A stretch of DNA of 36,653 nt, taken from the sequence record SRR31156797_7399, one strand, 5' to 3'. Positions 28,350 through 36,653 of this stretch are shown here, in pieces. The notes beneath the pieces are model-generated. The model had not been told where the DNA came from. It did no database searches and saw only the letters and a program-made list of their open reading frames with translations. Position numbers and translations under genes: made by a program. Position 1 is the stretch's first letter, and each line of letters opens with the position of its first letter.

Positions 28350-29391
28350 TTGTGTTTTAGTATTGTTTCTGGCTTTGGCCGGATGCAATGGAACATCTCA
28401 AAATACCTCCAAAAGTATTTCGGAAAATATAGATTTACCCCAAAGTTTTAACGCGATAGGACTGGTATATCATCGCTTTGGCGATAATCGTTATCCTTCT
28501 ACCAATACACCTTTAGAACAATTTGAAAAGCAATTGCAATATCTGGAACAAAAAGGATTTAAAAGCTATACGGTTTCAGAGTTATTAACACAGGCTAAAG
28601 ATTCATCAAAGAAGGTTTTTATTACTGTTGATGATGGTTTAAAAAGCTTTTATAGCAACGGATGGCCGCTTTTCAAGAAATACAAAGTAAAAACAACCCT
28701 ATTCGTAAACACAGAAAGTGTGGGGTGGGGCGATTATTTGAGTTGGAAACAAATTAAGGAATTGTCTAATACCGGAGTTGAGATCGGTTCGCATTCGCAT
28801 AAACATACTTATTTCTTAAGCACGCCAGATTCAATCAGAAGAAGCCAGTTTATTGAAGATCTTGAAATCTCTGAAAAGTTGTTTAAAGATAGTTTAGGAT
28901 ATATTCCGCGTGTATATGCCTATCCTTACGGAGAGTTCGATGAAATGATGGCCAATGAATTAAAGAAAAGAGGATATCTTTTAGCTTTTGCACAAAATTC
29001 AGGCGTTTGGAGCGCATATTCAAATAGATATGGTATTCCGCGATTTCCAATAGCTGGCAATTATGTAGGGATGGAGCAGTTTAAATCCAAAGTAAATATG
29101 ACTAGCATGGCGATAGCAGATGAACTTCCATTTCCGAAAGTGCTTTCTGCAGGCGGTTCTTATAATAAAAAGTTTGTTATTGATTCCATTCAAACTTTTA
29201 AGGTCATAAATTGCTTCTTTCATAACAAGCCAAATTCAAAAGTCAGTCAATTTGAAGACGGTTCCCTATTTGTCAATTTGAAAATGCCAGCTAACTCCCG
29301 AAGAGTGTTGTTAACCTTTACTGGAAAAGATGAAAAAGGGAACTGGTGTTGGTGGAGTAAATTGTTTGTTAATCCTGCCCAAACTGAATGA
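28315..29391 (+). CDS. Polysaccharide deacetylase (CE4/NodB) lipoprotein
   Basis: Lipobox LAGC (start at one of ATG 28315/28318/28321), YHRF, TVDDG, HSHKH, YAYPYG, IPRF. Confidence 0.88.
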   Translation: MMMCGKKCWINSCVLVLFLALAGCNGTSQNTSKSISENIDLPQSFNAIGLVYHRFGDNRYPSTNTPLEQFEKQLQYLEQKGFKSYTVSELLTQAKDSSKKVFITVDDGLKSFYSNGWPLFKKYKVKTTLFVNTESVGWGDYLSWKQIKELSNTGVEIGSHSHKHTYFLSTPDSIRRSQFIEDLEISEKLFKDSLGYIPRVYAYPYGEFDEMMANELKKRGYLLAFAQNSGVWSAYSNRYGIPRFPIAGNYVGMEQFKSKVNMTSMAIADELPFPKVLSAGGSYNKKFVIDSIQTFKVINCFFHNKPNSKVSQFEDGSLFVNLKMPANSRRVLLTFTGKDEKGNWCWWSKLFVNPAQTE

Positions 29392-29822
29392 AAAAACGAT
29401 AAACTATCTTCAGCAGTGATTCCCATTCACTACAAATAATTTAAAACACGGAAGTTAGTTGTTGACATCAGGAATAGTGATGTTAATGTAAATGGCTTGG
29501 TTTTATGTGCGATTGATTAATTGGTCGTTTTTAATTGATTAATGCATAATATGAATTGGGCAATCCTACAAAATGGTCATTTAATCATTTTAATCTGTCT
29601 TGTTTTCTTGTCAATTAGTGAGCAACCTGCAGTAAGTGGGGGCGTAAACTTTAGTGATTACGCTCAAACCTGGTTCTTTATCCATTATAAGAATGAAAGG
29701 TTTTCTGACTTGCTTTTACAATTAGCTTGTGAAATAGCTAAGATAAAAGTTGATATCAAAAAAAGAACAAATTGATATTTCAAGGATGTTCTTCGATGAT
29801 AAAAAGCTTAATGTAAGGTAAT

Positions 29823-32800
29823 ATGCGTGCTTTATTACATTATAGTGGCATTGTATTATTGTTGCTCATTACAATAGGTGTTCAGGCTCAGCCAGATAAA
29901 ATATACTGGTTTGCAGCTCCTGATGTGAGTGATGTCCATGGAGATGGTCCTGCTATATTCAGAATTTCCACATACGAAACAGGAGCAAATGTAAGTATAT
30001 TTATTCCTGCCGAAAATAACCGGATATTAAGTCAGTTTAATGTCAAGCCTTTTTCTCAGTATAAAGTAGAATTGGATCCATTTACAGTAGAAAATTCACC
30101 AGCTAATAGCATAAATAATAAAGGAATATGTATCGTATCTGATGCTGAAGTCTCTGTTTATTATGAGGTGAGCAATCCTGACAATGCCGAAAAATTTATC
30201 CTGAAAGGAGATAATGCACTGGGAAAGTGGTTTTTTATTCCTTCTCAAACCGCTTATGGCAATTATCAAACTAATGGAAGTACAGCAAGCGAAAAGGCTG
30301 ATATTGTTGCAACAGAGGATCAAACATCAATTGAAATAATACCATCTGTTGATATTATCGGACATCAGGCGAATATTCCTTTTGAGATAGTGCTTAATAA
30401 AGGGCAAACATACTGTATTGAATGTGCCGATATTTCTGCAGAGGGAGCTTTGGCCGGAACGGAAATTAAAGCAAACAAACGCATAGCGGTGACTATTTCG
30501 GATGATGCGGTAATGGAAGATCCCGGAAGTAATCCAAATGATCTGATAGGAGACCAGTTAATTCCGGTAAATGCTCTTGGTCAGGAATATGTAGCTATTA
30601 ATACCAGTAAGGCACCTTCTAGTTTTAAAAATACCAATACTGTTCAAAAGGTATATGTTTTAGCTATTGAAGACAATACAATGGTATTCCTGAATAATAC
30701 GTCAAAAACTGCAAAACTTTTACAGAAGGGTGAAACAGCTGAATTTGATTTTTCGGACCATGCTGCATTTATTTATGCCACTAAAAAAGTTTATGCCTAT
30801 CAGATAACCGGATTAGTGAATAATGCAAAAAGTGCTGCTAACGAATTAGGTTCTGCCATATTACCCAGGTATTATTGTAATGGATCTTCCAGAGTTTCTG
30901 TTACAAGAGTCTTCGATAGAGACTTTTGGGTGAATATTGTAGTAAAACGAAAGGATATTAAGTCTTTTGTTTTTAAAGATAGTCAGGGTTATGAGTTGAG
31001 TTTGAAAAAATATATGAACAGCTGGCAAACAGTTCCTGGGCAATTAACCGGTCAAGATTCATGGGTGTGTTGTGCTGCCAATTTAAATGATCTAACAACA
31101 GGAACACCTTATTTTATTGAAAACACTTCCGGCGTTTTTCATTTATGTGTGCTCGACGAAAATGGTCTGAATGAAGAATCCGGATGTAGCAGTTTCGGAT
31201 ATCTAAGTAGTTATAATTCGTTTTGGGTAGATGGCCAACAAGAGGCTTGCAGAGGAAATGTTATTCCCCTGACAGCAAAAGGAGGATTTAGTAATTACAA
31301 ATGGTATTCTGATATTTCAGGATCAGAGGTGCTTTCTACGAGCTCTGAGTTAGCTGTAACAGAATCCGGTAAATACTATGTGGATGCGATAAATGATGAG
31401 GGTTGTATTTTTTCAGATACCATTGATGTCAATTTTATGTTGCCTGTAGTTGAATTAGGTAATGATACCACTATTTGTCAAGGTGAGAATCTGGATTACC
31501 TGCTTGATAATAATTACAGTAGTTATAGTTGGAGTAATGGTGCATCAGATTCTTCAACGCAAGTTAATACGCAGAATGCAGGTTCATTTATGTTGGGTGT
31601 TGAAGTTGCGGATGAATATGGATGTACAAATAACGATTCGGTACTGATTACAGTGTCAGAAGTGCCGGGAATTAAAATAAATAAAACGGAGGTTTGTGAA
31701 GGTGGTTTAGTTGTGTGCGAATCAGTTTTTGAGCGGTATGAATGGAGATTTGGAGGGGAATTAATAAATCAGAATGCTGCTCAAAGCTGGATTAAGCCTG
31801 AGGAATCAGGAGAGTATTCTATTAGTGGGTGGACGGATGATGGTTGTGTTGTATCTAGTGTTGTAAACTTATCTGTCCACCCCTTACCTCAATTTGAGTT
31901 TAAAAATCAATTTGCTTGCCAGGGAGACACCGTTGTGATTGAAGCACCTAAAAGTTTTGAGACTTATTTATGGAGTGACGGTTCTTCTTCACCTCAACTA
32001 GAATTGAATGATGACGATAATTACTGGCTGGAAGCTACGGATGAAAAGGGTTGTGTTTATCGCAATGGTGCTTCAATTACTTTTTATAAGCCTCTCGCAT
32101 TGGATTTAGGTCCTGATAGAGAGGAGTGCGAAGGAGTCTCGATATATATTGCTGCAGATTCAGCGTATTCAAATTACAATTGGTCTTTTATATCAGACGG
32201 AGATGTTGCCAGTCAGGAGATGCTGAATAAAGATTCGGATTACCGGATAGAAAGAGCTGGAGTAAACCATAGTGGATTATATCGTTTAGAAGCTATGGAT
32301 AAAAATGGCTGTATGGTTCACGATGAGGTAAACCTGAATATTATGCCTTCAGATTCATTGACCTTATCTGTGACTCAAAATTTATGTGAAGGTCAAACGG
32401 TGGATTTAATGGCTTCTGCAGGATATGAGAACTATGTATGGTATAAAGATAATGAACTCTTAAGCGAATATGAAAATACAAATCAAATATTAAATATTGA
32501 AAATGCAGGAGTTTATCGGGTTGAGGCCAGTTCGGGCGTTTGTATGCAGACAACTGAGATAGTAGTTGCAAGCCATTCCTTACCGGAAGTACAATTGGAG
32601 GCTGATGTAAGCTTGTGCGGAGATGAATCCAAAGAAATTAGTATAAATAGTTATCATTCTTCAAGTGGAGCAGACCTAGATTATTTATTCTGGAATGAAA
32701 AAGAAGATGTTCGTTTCAGTAATTGGCAAACGTCTTCCTTAGAAGTTTCACAGGCAGGAATATATAAGGTTACTGTTGTGGATGAATTTGGATGTAGAGC

Positions 32801-35800
32801 GATGGATACCATTCATGTTACACAATATATGCCTGAAATAGTTGAATTGGGGCCAGATGTCAATCGTTGTGAAAGGGAGGAGATTAGAATTGAGAATCCA
32901 GTTTCGGATGCCATCAGCTATAATTGGTATTTGCTATCTGATACCGACCGAGAAATAGTAACTCAGAACAATCCGATAGAAATCCTTCAGTCTGGAATCT
33001 ATGAATTGGAAATTATAGATGCTCATGGTTGTCTTTCATCGGATCAGGTACTTGTTCATTTCAATTCCAATCCTTCAGTTAGGATTGTAGGAGAAAATGA
33101 GGCTTGTGGGAGTACTTTGCTGGAGGTGGTTAGTGATCTGGATGATGTTGATGTAGTCTGGAATCATACACCAGGAATGAATTCTGCTCAAATAAAAGTG
33201 AATTCATCAGGAACTTATAGTGTAGTTGTAACAGATGCCAATGGCTGTTCAAGTCTGGATTCTGTCTCTGTGCTTATTCATGATATTCCACAAGTAAATT
33301 TAACTGATCTATCAGCATGTGAAGGTGATACCATATGGAGAAGCGGACCTGATGGATTTATTACTTATGAATGGAGTAATGGATCAACTTCAAAAGATAT
33401 TCAAATTCTGAATAGTGGGAATTATGAACTTACAGTTACAGATCAGAATGGTTGTTCCGGTACAAATGATATGCAGGTTTCTTTTATTCGTCCGGTTCCT
33501 TTAGAATTGGGGCCTGATAGGGATGAATGTGAGGGGAGTCTGGTTGAAATTAGAGCAAATTCACAGCATACAGCCTATCAGTGGTATTTTTTACCTAAGG
33601 CAAGTCCAGATCTAAAAAGTACCTTATTGAGTAATGCAACACAGTCATATCGTATCGAGAGTGGTTTAATAGCCAATAGTGGTATTTATTCGCTGGAAGC
33701 GCAGGATGAGAATGGTTGTTTAGTTCGGGATGAAGTATCGGTTAGCTTTTATGAAGTTAGCCCGGAAACTTCAACGATGACAGAATACATCTGTGTGGGT
33801 GATACATTTAACGTTTCTGGCCCGGAAGGGTATGATACCTATACGTGGTATATCGATGGCACTGTTACAGATTCAACTTTTGATGTATCACAACTAGAAG
33901 GTATTACAACGGAAGGAGTGTATCGAGTTGAAGCATCAATAGGAGCTTGTGTTAAAACCAATAATATTGAAATTGTCAGGCAGGTTTCACCTACTGTTAC
34001 GCTGGCGGATTTAGTTTGGTTGTGTCCGGGAGGTCAAGTTGATGTTACGGTAGAAAATTTTTACTCCAACAATAGTCAATTGGATTATTTGTATTGGAAT
34101 GATAATACGCAAGAAAGAATTAATGATTGGCAAACTGCCAAATTAGAAGTGGGAGAAGCTGGTGAGTATAGTGTTACTGCCGTTGATGAGTTTGGATGTA
34201 TGGCCAACGACACTATTGAGGTGTTAAAAAGTCTTGTGCCTGATTTAGTAGTAAATGAATCAGAGGCATGTCCGCATCAGGAGCTTACATTTTCGATAGA
34301 TGACCGTTTTACTTCTTACGCATGGAGTAATGGTGATAATGATCATACAACCGTTGTAAATACAGGGAATGAGGAATATATTCAGTTGGAAGTAGAAGTG
34401 CTTGACAATAAAGGTTGTGTTATAAAAGATACCATCGGAATTACCGTTTTTAATAATCCACAAATTGAATTGTCACAAACGGTTGTATGCGAAGGTTCTT
34501 ACATTGAAAATATGACTTCTTTTGAAAGGTATGAATGGATGTTTAATGATACAGTTCTTAATATTAAAGAAAGTCAAAATTGGATTATTCCAAAGAAATC
34601 AGGTGATTATAAAGTGATGGCATGGACTGCTTCTGGTTGTGCTGTAACGAAGGATTTTTCGGTTACAGTTCATGCATTACCGCAAATGAGTCTGGATAAT
34701 AAGCAGGCCTGTGAGGGTGATACTATTCAGATAAAAGCACCATTAGACTTTGAAACATATCAATGGAGTACGGGTGAAAATAGCGAAGCGATACATATAA
34801 ATTCAGATACCAATTATTGGCTTCAGGTTACAGATAAATACGGTTGCGTTGGTCGTGCGGAAGCTTTGGTAACATTTATACAGCCCATGGAAATTGATTT
34901 AGGTCCAGATAGAAATGAGTGTGTTGGTATTGATGTAAACCTACAGGCTAATGCCTTGTATTCAGCACACGAATGGTACTTTGAACCGTTAGAACATAAA
35001 GATGAGGTACAGTATTTGAATCAACCAGGTAGTTCCTTTCAAATATTGAATGGTTCAAAATCAAATAGTGGACTTTATACAGTAGAGGCTTTAGATGTAA
35101 ATGGTTGTGCTGTTAAAGATGAAGTCCTGGTTAAATTTTACCAGGTAAATCCACCTCAACTAAAAATGGAAGAACATTTGTGTCCGGCTGAAGATATTGT
35201 TATTTCAGCTACAGAGGGTTATGACTCTTATACCTGGTACTATAATGAGCAATCTATCTCAACTGCAAATAATCAACCCGATTTACGAGGAATCAATACG
35301 CCCGGTCTTTATAAAGTAGAAGTGACTTCTGGTAAATGTTCTAATTCCAAAGAAATTGAAGTAGTGCAACATCAGGCTCCATCTGTAAGTTTATCGGATG
35401 ATTTTTCTCTTTGCAAGAAAGAGGATGGCATTATTTCTATAAACAAATATTTTTCTGAGGAAAACGCAGCATTGAGTTACTATTTCTGGAATAATAATCC
35501 TCAGATTCGATTGCGCGATTGGCAGAGTTCTGGTTTATCTGTATTTCAAGCAGGTACTTATGGGGTAACAGTTGTTGATGAAAATGGCTGTTCTGCAAGC
35601 GATGAAGTGCTTATTACAAATTATCCTGAGCTAGAGTTTGATTTAGGTGACCCTATCTCTATTTGTCCTGGAACCAGTGTGCATATTGAATCACCTGTGG
35701 ATAGTTCAAATCAATGGAATTGGTTTAATAGATTACAATCATCAGATCAAGTATTAACCAACAATTCCGATTTGGAAATTAGTGATGGAGGGGAATATAT

Positions 35801-36653
35801 ACTAAAAGTAGAAGATATTTATGGATGTATAACGCAGGACACTTTGATTGTAAATATGTTCAAAGAACCTCAGGTTCATATTGAAGGAAATACCTTCGCG
35901 TGTGGACAAACAAGCCTTTACTTAAATGCCGACGGTGAAAATTACACATATCGATGGAATGATTCTCCTGAATTGAATACCTACAGTTTGAATGTAAGCA
36001 ATTCTGGAACGTTTAAAGTAGATATTTGGGATGCAAAAGGTTGTCATAATTCAGACCAGGTTGAAGTACAAATTTATCCTTTGCCGAAACTGGACATGCT
36101 GAATGATACAGTATGCGCCGGACAAAAAGGTATGCTTAGTGCACCTTCAGGGGAGTATAATTATCTGTGGAGTAATGGTGAAAAAACTTCCAGTATTTCA
36201 GTCTGGGATGGAAATTACACCTTGAAATTAACCGACAAATTTGGTTGTGAAAGTGAAGGAAAAGCTTCTGTTATATGGCGATCTTTACCTAAAGTAGATT
36301 TAGGGCCAGACTTGGTTCTTTGTCCTTTGGAACAAAGGCAGTTGGATGCAGGTCCGGATTATTCGTCTTATCAATGGCATAATGGTTCTTCTTCAGAAAC
36401 AATAATAGCCAGTTTATTGGATACGGTAAACCAGGTTTTTGTCACCGATAAATATGGATGTACCGGTTTTGATACGCAAACAACAAAGTTTAAGGTGGCT
36501 CCTGAAATAGATCTTTGTTCAGATACTTCTGTTTGTAAGCATGAAATAACAATACTCGATGCAGGTGCTGGTTTTGATGAATATTTGTGGAATGATGGAG
36601 ATCAAAATCAAATCAAGGAAATATCCGAGCCAGGAATGTATTGGATAAATGTA
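29823..36653 (+). CDS. Very large secreted protein (>2277 aa, 3'-truncated): IgGFc-binding-like N-terminal domain plus ~24 Cys-paired Ig/PKD-like modules; probable T9SS/SprB-like cargo
   Basis: ATG 29823 begins MRALLHYSGIVLLLLITIGVQAQPDKIYWFAAP, followed by VSVYYEV, KGDNALG, IVATEDQT, GDQLIP, SFGYLSSY, then repeated L G.D...C.G...Y.W...G.Y...D..GC modules. Spot-checked motifs all fall in the same frame through the last codon (36651-36653). It is presumably absent from the ORF track because no stop is reached. Confidence 0.88.
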   Translation, partial: MRALLHYSGIVLLLLITIGVQAQPDKIYWFAAPDVSDVHGDGPAIFRISTYETGANVSIFIPAENNRILSQFNVKPFSQYKVELDPFTVENSPANSINNKGICIVSDAEVSVYYEVSNPDNAEKFILKGDNALGKWFFIPSQTAYGNYQTNGSTASEKADIVATEDQTSIEIIPSVDIIGHQANIPFEIVLNKGQTYCIECADISAEGALAGTEIKANKRIAVTISDDAVMEDPGSNPNDLIGDQLIPVNALGQEYVAINTSKAPSSFKNTNTVQKVYVLAIEDNTMVFLNNTSKTAKLLQKGETAEFDFSDHAAFIYATKKVYAYQITGLVNNAKSAANELGSAILPRYYCNGSSRVSVTRVFDRDFWVNIVVKRKDIKSFVFKDSQGYELSLKKYMNSWQTVPGQLTGQDSWVCCAANLNDLTTGTPYFIENTSGVFHLCVLDENGLNEESGCSSFGYLSSYNSFWVDGQQEACRGNVIPLTAKGGFSNYKWYSDISGSEVLSTSSELAVTESGKYYVDAINDEGCIFSDTIDVNFMLPVVELGNDTTICQGENLDYLLDNNYSSYSWSNGASDSSTQVNTQNAGSFMLGVEVADEYGCTNNDSVLITVSEVPGIKINKTEVCEGGLVVCESVFERYEWRFGGELINQNAAQSWIKPEESGEYSISGWTDDGCVVSSVVNLSVHPLPQFEFKNQFACQGDTVVIEAPKSFETYLWSDGSSSPQLELNDDDNYWLEATDEKGCVYRNGASITFYKPLALDLGPDREECEGVSIYIAADSAYSNYNWSFISDGDVASQEMLNKDSDYRIERAGVNHSGLYRLEAMDKNGCMVHDEVNLNIMPSDSLTLSVTQNLCEGQTVDLMASAGYENYVWYKDNELLSEYENTNQILNIENAGVYRVEASSGVCMQTTEIVVASHSLPEVQLEADVSLCGDESKEISINSYHSSSGADLDYLFWNEKEDVRFSNWQTSSLEVSQAGIYKVTVVDEFGCRAMDTIHVTQYMPEIVELGPDVNRCEREEIRIENPVSDAISYNWYLLSDTDREIVTQNNPIEILQSGIYELEIIDAHGCLSSDQVLVHFNSNPSVRIVGENEACGSTLLEVVSDLDDVDVVWNHTPGMNSAQIKVNSSGTYSVVVTDANGCSSLDSVSVLIHDIPQVNLTDLSACEGDTIWRSGPDGFITYEWSNGSTSKDIQILNSGNYELTVTDQNGCSGTNDMQVSFIRPVPLELGPDRDECEGSLVEIRANSQHTAYQWYFLPKASPDLKSTLLSNATQSYRIESGLIANSGIYSLEAQDENGCLVRDEVSVSFYEVSPETSTMTEYICVGDTFNVSGPEGYDTYTWYIDGTVTDSTFDVSQLEGITTEGVYRVEASIGACVKTNNIEIVRQVSPTVTLADLVWLCPGGQVDVTVENFYSNNSQLDYLYWNDNTQERINDWQTAKLEVGEAGEYSVTAVDEFGCMANDTIEVLKSLVPDLVVNESEACPHQELTFSIDDRFTSYAWSNGDNDHTTVVNTGNEEYIQLEVEVLDNKGCVIKDTIGITVFNNPQIELSQTVVCEGSYIENMTSFERYEWMFNDTVLNIKESQNWIIPKKSGDYKVMAWTASGCAVTKDFSVTVHALPQMSLDNKQACEGDTIQIKAPLDFETYQWSTGENSEAIHINSDTNYWLQVTDKYGCVGRAEALVTFIQPMEIDLGPDRNECVGIDVNLQANALYSAHEWYFEPLEHKDEVQYLNQPGSSFQILNGSKSNSGLYTVEALDVNGCAVKDEVLVKFYQVNPPQLKMEEHLCPAEDIVISATEGYDSYTWYYNEQSISTANNQPDLRGINTPGLYKVEVTSGKCSNSKEIEVVQHQAPSVSLSDDFSLCKKEDGIISINKYFSEENAALSYYFWNNNPQIRLRDWQSSGLSVFQAGTYGVTVVDENGCSASDEVLITNYPELEFDLGDPISICPGTSVHIESPVDSSNQWNWFNRLQSSDQVLTNNSDLEISDGGEYILKVEDIYGCITQDTLIVNMFKEPQVHIEGNTFACGQTSLYLNADGENYTYRWNDSPELNTYSLNVSNSGTFKVDIWDAKGCHNSDQVEVQIYPLPKLDMLNDTVCAGQKGMLSAPSGEYNYLWSNGEKTSSISVWDGNYTLKLTDKFGCESEGKASVIWRSLPKVDLGPDLVLCPLEQRQLDAGPDYSSYQWHNGSSSETIIASLLDTVNQVFVTDKYGCTGFDTQTTKFKVAPEIDLCSDTSVCKHEITILDAGAGFDEYLWNDGDQNQIKEISEPGMYWINV
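31450..36290 (+). repeat. Higher-order protein repeat: ~1395-bp six-module units, ~2793-bp A-B period
   Basis: GPDR.EC at 32109, 33510 and 34902. FERYEW at 31728 and 34521. FETY.WS at 31956 and 34749. Confidence 0.8.

Noticed and set aside
905-29223. Numerous 60-120 aa ORFs overlapping larger genes (e.g. 1172-1405, 3876-4244, 9372-9707, 13636-13962, 22871-23149, 26483-27145)
   Set aside because: Antisense or alternate-frame shadows of well-supported genes, with no family motifs.
29542-29775. 77-aa ORF before the giant gene
   Set aside because: No recognisable motif. Likely a chance ORF in the upstream regulatory region, though it cannot be fully excluded.
29823-36653. Apparent 7-kb gene desert or pseudogene region in the ORF track
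   Set aside because: It is one long + strand frame lacking a stop inside the window. The short ORFs listed there (30096, 30861, 31462, 32341, 34260) are antisense or off-frame shadows.
1-36653. CRISPR array, prophage, transposon or defence system
   Set aside because: No regularly spaced identical DNA repeats and no cas, integrase, transposase or phage-like genes. All repeats found are diverged in-frame protein repeats.

Overview
AT-rich Bacteroidota chromosomal window. Evidence for the phylum: TAnnTTTG -7 promoters, a T9SS C-terminal domain and a mitochondrial-type aconitase. A Marinilabiliales-like organism is an inference. The left end has a partial tRNA and the SRP RNA (UGAC loop), then DUF4199/GT2/methyltransferase genes and miaA. 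The centre (4.3-17.4 kb) is a sulfur-assimilation locus: cytochrome c, MetZ/MetY-like PLP enzyme, Omp85-like barrel, CymR-like Rrf2, an intervening chemoreceptor, cysK, cysJ, cysI, DUF2061, a vestigial-HemC/CobA/HemD fusion and a HemB-like protein. Main observation: three unrelated proteins of this locus end in a CysE/CymR-type Tyr-x-Ile C-terminus (Rrf2 ...LMYYI, DUF2061 ...PEYYI, HemB-like ...DGYYVI), the known docking motif for the CysK active site. The HemB-like protein has also lost one Schiff-base lysine (VKP to VQP). Together these suggest a CysK-centred network that includes a membrane protein and a tetrapyrrole pseudo-enzyme. The right part has a cold-shock protein, a Cys-rich repeat T9SS protein, LarE, aconitase and envelope genes. 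It ends with a >2277-aa secreted repeat protein that is absent from the ORF track (it runs off the window) and has a two-level repeat architecture. No CRISPR array or mobile element is seen.
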